This document shows positions 9,414-18,249 of a stretch of DNA of 64,000 nt, in pieces. How positions within the stretch are numbered: the first letter of the stretch is position 1; each line of letters begins with the position of its first letter. The stretch is from IMG/VR virus record IMGVR_UViG_2639762784_000001, positions 1 through 64,000 of that record. One strand, 5' to 3'. The notes beneath the pieces were generated by a model. The model did not search any database. It saw only the letters and a program-made list of their open reading frames with translations, and was not told where the DNA came from. The position numbers and the translations under genes are program-made. This DNA comes from a virus (lineage: Duplodnaviria; Caudoviricetes).

Positions 9414-9620
9414 GTGCCCGAGCAGCCCCAGCCCCGCGAGTACTTCTTCCTCCTCACCATCGCCACCAGGGCCGGTACCGCCACGGTCCACGGCTTCACC
9501 TCCTTGGCCCCGGGGACCACCCGGCACCAGGCCTTCACCGCGCTCGCCAACCAGTACTTCCCGCAGGCCATGCCGACCCCCACCGTCCTCGCCTTCGACC
9601 TCCGGCCCAACCAGCTCTGA
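9414..9620 (+). CDS. Small hypothetical protein
   Basis: AGGAAGGA RBS; codon bias. Confidence 0.6.
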   Translation: MPEQPQPREYFFLLTIATRAGTATVHGFTSLAPGTTRHQAFTALANQYFPQAMPTPTVLAFDLRPNQL

Positions 9621-9769
9621 CCCCCCCCGACCGGGGCCAGGCTCCCCCCCCCACCGGGCCCCACCCTCTGGCCTCGCCGGAGGCCGTACCGGCGAAAACC
9701 CCCACGCCGGTACGGCACCCAGCAAGTCCAGCGACACCCCCACCCGACACACCACCCGGAAGGACCACC

Positions 9770-10075
9770 GTGCACAAGGCCACCATCACCCAGGCAGGCA
9801 TCCTCGCCCCCTTCGCCGTCCTCGCCGCCGGCCTCGGCAAGCAGATCGCCGACCACGGCGCCAGCACCACGGCAGTCATCTCCGTCGTCGCCTTCACCCT
9901 CACCACCGGCCTGTACTTCGCCGCCCAGGTCGGCCAGGCCATGCGCACCACCCTCTACAACTGCCCCACCAAGGGCTGCACCGTCTCCATCCGCGCCCGC
10001 AACACCAGCCCCACCGAACTCGACCGGCTCCGGACCCTCGCCACCGACCACGCCAAGCACGGGACCACGCGATGA
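9770..10075 (+). CDS. Small two-TM membrane protein with CxxxxC..H tail (spread-like)
   Basis: Two hydrophobic segments; RBS GAAGGA. Confidence 0.65.
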   Translation: MHKATITQAGILAPFAVLAAGLGKQIADHGASTTAVISVVAFTLTTGLYFAAQVGQAMRTTLYNCPTKGCTVSIRARNTSPTELDRLRTLATDHAKHGTTR

Positions 10076-10275
10076 CCGGCAGCGAGTTCCGCCAGACCCA
10101 CGGCGACCCCGCCCAGTGGGACAACCGCGAGTACGAGGCCTACTTCGCCCTCACCGCACAGCCGGCCACCCGCGACTGCTGGTTCTGTACCGCCCCCAAC
10201 CCGGCCACCGCCACCCGCTGCGGCTTCTGCAACCACCACACCGACGACAACCCCAACCACCAGCCCGCCGCCTGA
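10072..10275 (+). CDS. Small Zn-ribbon protein
   Basis: CWFC..N..RCGFC. Confidence 0.6.
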   Translation: MTGSEFRQTHGDPAQWDNREYEAYFALTAQPATRDCWFCTAPNPATATRCGFCNHHTDDNPNHQPAA

Positions 10276-10300
10276 ACCACCGGAAAGGACACCGATCCCC

Positions 10301-11479
10301 GTGAACACCACCCCGGCCGGCAACGAGCCGCACCGCCCCACCGAGGACGGCCCCCTCGCGCCCACCGCGCCGGGGCAGCCCCTCGCCGAACAGGAGGCCA
10401 AGCGCAAGCTGTCCGGCGGACAGATCGCCGTCCTCACCGTCGCCACCCTCATCATGGCCGCCGTCGGCATCGGCGGCGCCATCGGCACCTACGCCAACGC
10501 CAACGCCGAACTGAAGCGCTCCGAAACCGCCCTCGGCATCGTCGCCGCCGGCGAAGGCGCCACCCTCGTCGCCGCCCTCGTCATGGTCGGCGTCACCATG
10601 CTCGGCCAGGCCGCCCCCCTCATCGCCCGCGCCGCCCTGTGGGTCCTCCCCGCGGCCGCCGCCGTCATGGGCCTCGCCATCGCCCCCACCCCCCGCGAAG
10701 CCGTCATCTACGCCCTCACCCCGCTCGCCATGACCGCCTCCGCCGAAGGCATCAGCTTCCTCGCCCGCCGGATCGTCGTACACCGCACCGGCACCGACAC
10801 CGAGGCCCAACGCCGCAACGCAGAGATCATGCGGCAGATCGCCTTCCACGCGGCTCAGGCCGAACGGCACCCCGAGGAGAAGGTCCGCCAGGCGTCGGCT
10901 CTCACCGCGTGGAAGCTCATGCGCCGCGTCGGAGACGGCGACGCACAGCTCGGCTCAGGGCTCATCGCCGTCCAGCGTGAGCGGTTCACCGACGGCGCCA
11001 ACTCGGCTCTGCTGTCCATGCTCACCGGCACCCCTGAGCCCGCCCCGGCTCACCCCGCCCTCCCGGCCATCGAGTCGGGTGAGTCGACCGGTGAGCCGAC
11101 CGGCAGCACCGTGATCCTCAGCCAGCGGCCTGAGCCCGTCGGCTCGGCTCACACTCCGGCACTGCCCGACGCCCGCACGATCATTCAGCCCTCTGACCAG
11201 GTGATCCGTCGTGAGCCGGTCTTGAGCCAGGGTGAGCCCGCTCTCGCCAAGACCGTCCAGGCCGCCGCTGAGACGGCCGCCGGTGAGCCGGGCGAGACGG
11301 ATCAGAGCACCGACGAGAAGGAGCAGCAGATTGCTGAGCTGGCTCACCGGCTCAAGTCCGGTGAGCGGCTCACCAAGAACACGGCGGCTCAGCTCCTCGG
11401 TGTGAGCCCGGCGACCGCGGGCCGTCGGCTCAAGGACGCCCGGGACCGGATCAGCGACGGAACGGGGATGTACCTGTGA
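10301..11479 (+). CDS. SpdB-like spread protein (4 TM, P/E-rich linker, C-terminal HTH)
   Basis: N-terminal hydrophobic helices; LTKNTAAQLLGVSPATAGRRL HTH; position within the tra operon. Confidence 0.75.
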   Translation: MNTTPAGNEPHRPTEDGPLAPTAPGQPLAEQEAKRKLSGGQIAVLTVATLIMAAVGIGGAIGTYANANAELKRSETALGIVAAGEGATLVAALVMVGVTMLGQAAPLIARAALWVLPAAAAVMGLAIAPTPREAVIYALTPLAMTASAEGISFLARRIVVHRTGTDTEAQRRNAEIMRQIAFHAAQAERHPEEKVRQASALTAWKLMRRVGDGDAQLGSGLIAVQRERFTDGANSALLSMLTGTPEPAPAHPALPAIESGESTGEPTGSTVILSQRPEPVGSAHTPALPDARTIIQPSDQVIRREPVLSQGEPALAKTVQAAAETAAGEPGETDQSTDEKEQQIAELAHRLKSGERLTKNTAAQLLGVSPATAGRRLKDARDRISDGTGMYL

Positions 11480-11973
11480 CCGCCACCCGCACCCCCGGCC
11501 GTGAGCCGCGGACGGTCCCCCCGTCCGCGGTACCGGCCCGCCCCGCACCCGCCCGGTCGGCGACCGCCCCCGCGACCCCGGCCGCCCCGCCCTGGACCCA
11601 CCGCCTCCTCCCGGCCGCGCTCCGCAACGCGATGACCGACCTCGGCTGGTGGCAGAACCCCACCCCGCAGAAGCCCTCCGCCCACCTGAAGCAGGTCCTC
11701 GACACGCTCCACCGGTACGGCTGGTGCCAGTCCCTGGACGTGTCCCCCACCGGCCGGATGTGCATCCGCGGCGCCCAGAACCTCCTCGAGAAGACCGGCC
11801 ACGTCACCCCCGCCGCACGCGAGCGGGCCGTCGCCTACATGCAGCAAACCCTGAACGAGGCCGGCATCCAGATGAGCTTCTTCACCTGGAACGACCTCCC
11901 CGGCCAAACCCCGGCCACCGTCGAAACCCTGCTGGTCAAGGCCGCCTACAAGGCCCGAGCGAACGGAGAATAA
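11476..11973 (+). CDS. DUF6197-like protein
   Basis: LHRYGWCQ..GRMCIRGA..WNDLPGQT motif. Confidence 0.7.
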   Translation: MTATRTPGREPRTVPPSAVPARPAPARSATAPATPAAPPWTHRLLPAALRNAMTDLGWWQNPTPQKPSAHLKQVLDTLHRYGWCQSLDVSPTGRMCIRGAQNLLEKTGHVTPAARERAVAYMQQTLNEAGIQMSFFTWNDLPGQTPATVETLLVKAAYKARANGE

Positions 11974-11976
11974 GCA

Positions 11977-12564
11977 ATGCACAACAGCCCCGAATTCCAC
12001 GACCCGGAATTCAACGACGTCATCACCGGCGGATACGCCGACCCGCACCCCTACGGCATTCCCGCGCAGCCGGTGAAGACCGGCCTGACCCCCCGCGGAA
12101 AGGCCGCCCTCGGCATCGGCGGCGCATTCCTCGCCTGCGGCAGCCTGTTCGGCTGGCAGCACTACGCCGCACAGCAGGCGGAAGCCGAGCAGAAGGCGCA
12201 GGAAATCGCCCTCAAGCAGCAGGAACTGCGCCTCGAGGAAATCCGCGAACTGAACAAGGCGACCGCCGCCCAGATGGAGACCCAGGCCGCCGTCGACACT
12301 GCCCGGCAGAAGCAGATCGACGCCTGCGTCAACGACAACAAGGGCCTGATCGGCAAGCAGCTCGGCGCCTCCTACCGGTCGGTGGTGGAGGACTGCCAGA
12401 CCCAGTACCCGGCCACCCTCGGCAGCGACATGCAGGCCGCCGCCACCACCACCGGCACGGGCGACGACGGCGGGGTGAACCCCGGCGCCCTCCTCGGGGC
12501 CGGCGTCCTCGGTCTCGGTCTCGCCGTCGCCGTCCGAAAGAGCACCAAGAGTCACCCTGCGTAG
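11977..12564 (+). CDS. Membrane protein with coiled coil (spread-like)
   Basis: TM - Q/E/A coiled coil - two Cys - C-terminal TM. Confidence 0.7.
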   Translation: MHNSPEFHDPEFNDVITGGYADPHPYGIPAQPVKTGLTPRGKAALGIGGAFLACGSLFGWQHYAAQQAEAEQKAQEIALKQQELRLEEIRELNKATAAQMETQAAVDTARQKQIDACVNDNKGLIGKQLGASYRSVVEDCQTQYPATLGSDMQAAATTTGTGDDGGVNPGALLGAGVLGLGLAVAVRKSTKSHPA

Positions 12565-12681
12565 TTCTTACTACCGGTCGGCACCCCGGAAAGACCCGCC
12601 CACACCCCGCAATAGAGCCCCCGACCAGGGGCTCACCCCCAACGAGATCAGTAGTAGTAACTACCGAAAGTGAGGAGCAAG

Positions 12682-14646
12682 ATGGCGAGCGACACGGCCC
12701 CCGCGGCCGTCCCCGGCCCCCACGCCCCGCCCCCCAGCACCGCGCCCACCACCCCCAGCAACGGGCAGCAGCAGGGCGGGATCGCCGGGCTGCTCGCCCC
12801 CGTCGGACCCGCCCGCGCCGACTTCAACCTCGACCCCGCCACCGGCCCGGCCGACACCCCGGAGCAGGCCGCCACCGGAGTCACCAGCGACACCTACCAA
12901 CTCGAGGAAGCCGCCCCCGAAAAGAACTCCGGGACCACCCGCAACGGCGGCGGCACGCCGAAGGAAGGCGTCGTCAAGGCGTGGCTGCGGGCCGGCGCCG
13001 AACGCTGGCGGAAAGGCGGCGACGCCCGCCTCAAGCGCCTCGACATCCAGAAGGCAAAGGCCCAGGCGCGGCAGGTCAAGGAAACCGTGACCGTGAACCG
13101 CTCCGAGAAAATGGCCGGCGGGTCCACGAATTCCAGTACCGGCAGCAAGAACAACGCCGCCGGGAAATCCCTGAACAGTAAGTCCAACGGGGCCGGAAAC
13201 AGCGGCGGCACGGGGCCGAAGAACCGAGGGGCGGGCGGCACCAACAATTCCGGTGGCGGCCAGTCCGGCAGCACCGGCCGTAGCGGGGCGGGCGGCCAGA
13301 CCGGCGGCGGCAGCCGCGGCAGCAACACCGGGACGAAGACCAGCGGCGACTCCCGGCGCACCAGCACGGGCCCCGGCAAGGACTCCACCGGTGGACGCGG
13401 CGCAGGCAAGGACAGCGGCTCCGTGAAGCAGCCCGGCGGCGGCAGCAGCACCGGGCCGAAGAACGACACGAAGCCGACCGGGCCGGGGCCGAAGACCAGC
13501 GGGAGCAGCGGGGGAGGCACCGGCAAGTCCGGGACGGCCGGCACGCAGGACCCGGCCGGGAAGCCGGGCAAGGACGCCCCCAGCCCCAAGACCTCCAGCA
13601 CGGCCAAGGACACCAGCAAGCAGGCCAAGACCGGCCCGGCCCCCGACACCGGCAAGAACACCCCGACCGGCAAGGAGAACCGGCCCACGGGCCCCGAGGC
13701 GAAGGACGCCGGGTCCACGGGCGGCACGGGCAAGGTCAGCCTCGACAAGACCGGCCGCAAGAACGACAAGACGACCGACGGCACGGGTACGCCCGACAAA
13801 GACCCCAAGACGCCGCAGGACGGCGGCACCGGCACGCAGAAGACACCGCACGGCGACAAGGACACCGAGCCCCGCAAGCAGCCCGGCCCGCGCGTGCCCG
13901 CCCAGCGCATCAACCTCCAGAACTCTCGGGAGGCCGGCTACCGCGACGGCACCCGCGCCGCCAAAACCGTCGCCCACATGCACGCCTGGCGCGACGGCGC
14001 CCGCGACGGCTACGCCGACACCACCCAGGTCGCCGCCCGCGAGAAGACCCGCCTCGATGAGGCCCACGCCCAGCGCAAGCAAGCCCGCACCCACCCCGAG
14101 GACCAGCCCGTGACCGCACCCGCCTCCAGCGCCGACTACCAGACGGTGCCGCCCAAGCCCGACCACGCCCCCGGACCCCAGCCCGTCCCCGTCACCAGCA
14201 CCGACGCCACCCACGTCCACCTCGGTGCCGGCGCCGCCCGCGACCGCATCAGCCGCGGCGAGGTCCGCACCCTCCGCCAGTTCCAGCAGCGCCTCGAGAC
14301 CAAGGCCGACACCATGACCCGCGTCGGCGACGCCACCCGCGTCCTCGAGCAGCACGCCCAAGAGCAGGCCAAGCAGATCACCCAGCTCCTCGAGCAGGCC
14401 CGCGGCATCGCAGGCGGCGACAAACTCGTCACCGCGCTCACCAAGCTCGCCGACCACGCCCAGGTCCAGGTCGGCAAGGCCGGCGAGATCCGCACCCGCG
14501 CCGCCCGCGCCGCAGAAGCCTGCAAGGCCCTGACCGCCAACACCGACACCCGCTACGGCGGCATCTACCAGGCCGTCGTCGACTCGCCCGAGACCAGCCC
14601 CGCCGAAATGGCCTACTACCGGAACATGGAGACCGCCGGTGCCTGA
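12682..14646 (+). CDS. Transfer-region protein with long G/S/T/K/P disordered linker and helical C-terminal domain
   Basis: GAGGAG RBS; low-complexity middle; coupled to the next gene. Confidence 0.75.
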   Translation: MASDTAPAAVPGPHAPPPSTAPTTPSNGQQQGGIAGLLAPVGPARADFNLDPATGPADTPEQAATGVTSDTYQLEEAAPEKNSGTTRNGGGTPKEGVVKAWLRAGAERWRKGGDARLKRLDIQKAKAQARQVKETVTVNRSEKMAGGSTNSSTGSKNNAAGKSLNSKSNGAGNSGGTGPKNRGAGGTNNSGGGQSGSTGRSGAGGQTGGGSRGSNTGTKTSGDSRRTSTGPGKDSTGGRGAGKDSGSVKQPGGGSSTGPKNDTKPTGPGPKTSGSSGGGTGKSGTAGTQDPAGKPGKDAPSPKTSSTAKDTSKQAKTGPAPDTGKNTPTGKENRPTGPEAKDAGSTGGTGKVSLDKTGRKNDKTTDGTGTPDKDPKTPQDGGTGTQKTPHGDKDTEPRKQPGPRVPAQRINLQNSREAGYRDGTRAAKTVAHMHAWRDGARDGYADTTQVAAREKTRLDEAHAQRKQARTHPEDQPVTAPASSADYQTVPPKPDHAPGPQPVPVTSTDATHVHLGAGAARDRISRGEVRTLRQFQQRLETKADTMTRVGDATRVLEQHAQEQAKQITQLLEQARGIAGGDKLVTALTKLADHAQVQVGKAGEIRTRAARAAEACKALTANTDTRYGGIYQAVVDSPETSPAEMAYYRNMETAGA

Positions 14647-15022
14647 CCTGACGTACGCCCAGCTCGCCAAGCAGACCGCCGCCCTGGCCCGGGATGTCAC
14701 CCGCTCCAGCGAAGCCATCCGCGGCCACGCCAAAAGCCTCGCCGACGAGGCCAAGGACACCGCCCGCCTCGCCGAATCCATCGGCGCCCTGAAAGTCGAC
14801 TCCGCCACCGTCGCCGAAACCCGCGAACTCGCCCGCCTCATGGACGGCCTGGCCGCCGGCGTCATCGACTACGCGGCCGCCGGGGACACCACCGCCCGCG
14901 CCGCACAGGCCGCCCACGACCAGAACCAGGCCAGCCACGCCCGGATCGGCGAGGCCGCCGCCCGCTCCACCGCCGGCCGGGAGGTCTACGACATCGACCG
15001 CGGCTGGCTCACCCAGGAATAG
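14639..15022 (+). CDS. Small Ala-rich helical transfer protein
   Basis: Overlaps the upstream stop; lies directly before the translocase. Confidence 0.75.
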   Translation: MPDLTYAQLAKQTAALARDVTRSSEAIRGHAKSLADEAKDTARLAESIGALKVDSATVAETRELARLMDGLAAGVIDYAAAGDTTARAAQAAHDQNQASHARIGEAAARSTAGREVYDIDRGWLTQE

Positions 15023-15091
15023 CCCCCGCCCCCGCGGCCGGGACCACCCCGGTCCCGGCCGCCCCGCGAACCCCCGCCCAAGGAGCCCCCG

Positions 15092-17383
15092 ATGAGCCAG
15101 CCCACCACCGCCCCCGCCCGCCCCGCAGCCACCGAACGCGCCATCGCCTACACCACCAGCCTCGCCCCCATCGCCGTCGGCACCCTCGCCCCCTTCCTCG
15201 AGGGTTCCGCCGCCTTCACCGCGGCCATCGCCTACGGCACCGGAGCCGGGTTCCTCGCCGCGAACTACATGAACCGGCTCCCCGACCACCTGGTCGACCA
15301 GCTCCCGGCCGGCGACATCATCCGCGCCCACCGCTCCCCCCTGTTCACCTCCACCCTCACCACCGGCATGGCCCTGGGCATCGGAACCCTCATGGGCCCC
15401 GACGGCGCCGACGCCCTCATGGCGGGCATCCTCAACGTCCCCGCCAACCCCATCCCCGGCATCGTCTCCCTCGGCTGGTGGGCCGCCGTCGCCCTCGTCC
15501 CCTACAAACTGCGCCTCGTCCTCGCCCGGCAGCGCAAACCCAAGCCCCTCACCGCCGCGCCCCCCGACACCCCGACGGGCGCGGCGGCGCCCCGCACCCC
15601 GGCAGAGAAGATCGCCTACCGCTGGCACCAGGTCATTTCCAACCGGGACACCGGCACCCACAAGGGCCAGCACCTCACCGTCCGCACCATCTCCGCCATG
15701 CGCTGGCAGGGCACCATCACCGCCCCCACCGGCGCCTCCGTCACCGTCACCGCCGACACCATCTCCTCCGCCTACCAGCTCCCCGCCGACTGGATCACCA
15801 TCCGGCCCGGCACCCACACCGGCGAAGCCCACATCACCGTCAACCTCCAGCCCCCCGCCGAACTCGACCCGTCCACCCTCACCGGAGCCTGGACCAAGTG
15901 GGCCGCCCGCGCCGGTGGCGTCATGGCCGGCACCCACCTTGAAGAAGTACGCCCCGACCCCGTCACCGGAGGAGAAGTCGCCCGAGTCGTCGCCGACGAC
16001 AACACCGACGCCCTGCCCACCCCCGACATGCGATCCCTCGTCGGAGCCCTCCGCACCAGCCCCCTGCTGCTCTCCTACGAACCCGGCACCAACCCCCGCA
16101 AGGCCGTCGTCCGCCTGATGAAGGAAAACCCGCTCCGCGCCGGCGTGCCCTTCCCCGGCCCCCACGCCCTGCTGCCGTCCGAAGGCGGCTACATCCGCAT
16201 CGGCGTCGCCGTCTCCGGCCGCCCCGTCCGCCTCCAGCTCCTCGACCCCAAACTCGGGGCCCGCCACGTCATCGTCACCGGCGTCACCGGCTCCGGAAAG
16301 GGCGGCGTCCTCCAGCTCATCGCCCTCGCCTCCCACCTCGCCGGAGCCGTCATCCTCTACGGCGACCCCAAGGGCTCCTCCAACCCCGCCATCGAGCAGA
16401 TGGCCGCCCACTCCGGCCTCGGGGAAGACGGCGCCCTATGCACCCTGCGCATCGTCCGCGCCCTCGTAGAACACCGCATCAACGAGACCGCCCGCCTGAA
16501 GCTGAAGAACTTCGACCCGTCCGTCATGCGGCACGTCGTCGTCATCCTCGATGAAGCGTCCTCCCTCCTCGGAGACAAGGCCCAGCACCGCGCGGAAGCC
16601 AGCAGCATCATCGACCTGGTCGCCCGCAAGGGCCGCTCCCTGGGTGTGTCCCTCGTCCTTGCCAACCAGATCCTCCAGCTCGACCAGCTGGGCGGGAAGT
16701 CGTCCATCCGGGACAACGTCGTCGGCTCCGGCGGCGTGGTCATGCTCCGCTCCGACTCCTCCCAGCGCAACCTCATCGACCTGCCGCCCGGCATGGAATC
16801 CGTGAACCCCGCCGACATCCCCGCCACCTGGAGCGGCGAGGACGACACTCTCGTCTATACCGACGACGTGAAACTCGCCGACCCCGAATCCACCTTCGGC
16901 CTCGGCTACTTCATGACCACCGACGGCGTCTGCTCCATGGGCCGTTCCCTCACCCTCGAGGACGCCACCGAACACGTCGACCCGGACAAGGTGGAAGTCC
17001 CGGACGACTGGCCCGACTGGGACGACCGCGACGCCATCGCCGCCACCTCCACCCTGGAGGGCGCAGACAGCGACGACACCGGCCTGGACGACGACGGCAG
17101 CGGCGGCACCGCGTCCCTGCTCTCCGGCATCGACCTCGGACCGAAGAAGGGTCCCACCGCCGAAGAGAAGATCCTCGATGCGCTCCAGAGCTTCGCCGAC
17201 CCGGCCGGCCTCGAGACCATCTACACCAGCCGCGAGACCATCAGCCGCGTCTCCGGCGTCACCGGCTCCACCCTCGACAACACCCTCGGCAACCTCCGCC
17301 GTAAGGACTTGATTCACCGGGGCGCCGACTGCGGGCGGGAGCGCGGCACGTACGCCCTCGGTCGCCTCCCCGACGACGCGTAG
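15092..17383 (+). CDS. TraB-like FtsK/SpoIIIE conjugative DNA translocase
   Basis: N-terminal TMs; Walker A GVTGSGKG; DPKG; Walker B VVILDEA; ARKGRSLGVSLVLANQ; C-terminal wHTH. Confidence 0.85.
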   Translation: MSQPTTAPARPAATERAIAYTTSLAPIAVGTLAPFLEGSAAFTAAIAYGTGAGFLAANYMNRLPDHLVDQLPAGDIIRAHRSPLFTSTLTTGMALGIGTLMGPDGADALMAGILNVPANPIPGIVSLGWWAAVALVPYKLRLVLARQRKPKPLTAAPPDTPTGAAAPRTPAEKIAYRWHQVISNRDTGTHKGQHLTVRTISAMRWQGTITAPTGASVTVTADTISSAYQLPADWITIRPGTHTGEAHITVNLQPPAELDPSTLTGAWTKWAARAGGVMAGTHLEEVRPDPVTGGEVARVVADDNTDALPTPDMRSLVGALRTSPLLLSYEPGTNPRKAVVRLMKENPLRAGVPFPGPHALLPSEGGYIRIGVAVSGRPVRLQLLDPKLGARHVIVTGVTGSGKGGVLQLIALASHLAGAVILYGDPKGSSNPAIEQMAAHSGLGEDGALCTLRIVRALVEHRINETARLKLKNFDPSVMRHVVVILDEASSLLGDKAQHRAEASSIIDLVARKGRSLGVSLVLANQILQLDQLGGKSSIRDNVVGSGGVVMLRSDSSQRNLIDLPPGMESVNPADIPATWSGEDDTLVYTDDVKLADPESTFGLGYFMTTDGVCSMGRSLTLEDATEHVDPDKVEVPDDWPDWDDRDAIAATSTLEGADSDDTGLDDDGSGGTASLLSGIDLGPKKGPTAEEKILDALQSFADPAGLETIYTSRETISRVSGVTGSTLDNTLGNLRRKDLIHRGADCGRERGTYALGRLPDDA

Positions 17384-17401
17384 CGCAGCGACCCCAGGCG
17401 A

Positions 17402-17431
17402 CCGGCCCCCGGAACCCACTCCGGGGGCCGG
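17402..17431 (+). terminator. GC-rich hairpin ending the tra operon
   Basis: CCGGCCCCCGGA-acccac-TCCGGGGGCCGG. Confidence 0.65.
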
Positions 17432-17642
17432 CGCATGCCCGGGGGAAGGGCCCTCAGACAAACCCCGGAATCTGCGGCAGCATCACAGGTGTCGGCCCGG
17501 CCCGGTGTCCCCGCGCCCCCGGGCCGACACGCCAGACCCGCCCGGCCACCCACCCCCTGGGGCGTCCGGGCACCGCGGCCCTCGCACCTCCCCCAATCCC
17601 CCGGCGGACGTGCGAGGGCCGCACCCATCCCCGGGGCCGGCA

Positions 17643-17693
17643 GGGGGAACACCCCGCCCAAAATCAGCGATCATCCGTACAAGGCGCGGGGCC
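17643..17693 (+). promoter_or_regulatory. Element-specific (late) promoter-like motif
   Basis: GGGGGAAC-N31-AGGCGCGGGGCC, same spacing as at 19838 and 21777. Confidence 0.7.
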
Positions 17694-17727
17694 CGACAAC
17701 CACACAACGAGCGGGAGCCCCACCGCC

Positions 17728-18249
17728 ATGCCACCCTCCAAAGACAAGCAAATAGAAGTCGAAACCCGCCGCACCGAGCTGCTCCGCATCCGCCGCAGGC
17801 GCCCCAAGGTGCCCTTCGGCGACCCGGAGATCCTCGCCCTCGGCTACACCTCCGAAGACTCCGCCCGCAAAGACTTCTACCGGATGCTCGAAACCCGCAG
17901 GAAAGCCCTCGACATCGAGGTCAGCGCCTACCGCGAGGAACAGAACGAGATCCTCGACCAGCTCCTCGAAACCCACCTGCCGCCCGCCGTCGCAGGCGAC
18001 ATCAAGTCCAGCGAACTGTGCCTGAAACTCCTCGAGCGGCAGGCCAAGCTGAACGGCTGGGAAGAAGCCCTCAAGGCCGAACTGTCCGGCCCCAACGGCG
18101 GACCGATGCGCGTCAGCGGCGCCACCCTCGCCGAACTCCGCAACCTCATCCGCGCCGCCGGAGACCCCGACGACGATGACGACACCCTCGAGGACCTCGA
18201 GGGCACCGACCCCGACGACGAAGCCGATGACGACGGCGACCACACCTGA
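17728..18249 (+). CDS. Terminase small subunit (putative)
   Basis: HTH-like N-terminus, ERQAKLNG..ELSGPNGGP; directly upstream of TerL. Confidence 0.75.
   Translation: MPPSKDKQIEVETRRTELLRIRRRRPKVPFGDPEILALGYTSEDSARKDFYRMLETRRKALDIEVSAYREEQNEILDQLLETHLPPAVAGDIKSSELCLKLLERQAKLNGWEEALKAELSGPNGGPMRVSGATLAELRNLIRAAGDPDDDDDTLEDLEGTDPDDEADDDGDHT

Noticed and set aside
17384-17727. clt repeat array expected downstream of traB
   Set aside because: No clear run of 8-bp direct repeats seen; only a hairpin and the promoter-like motif
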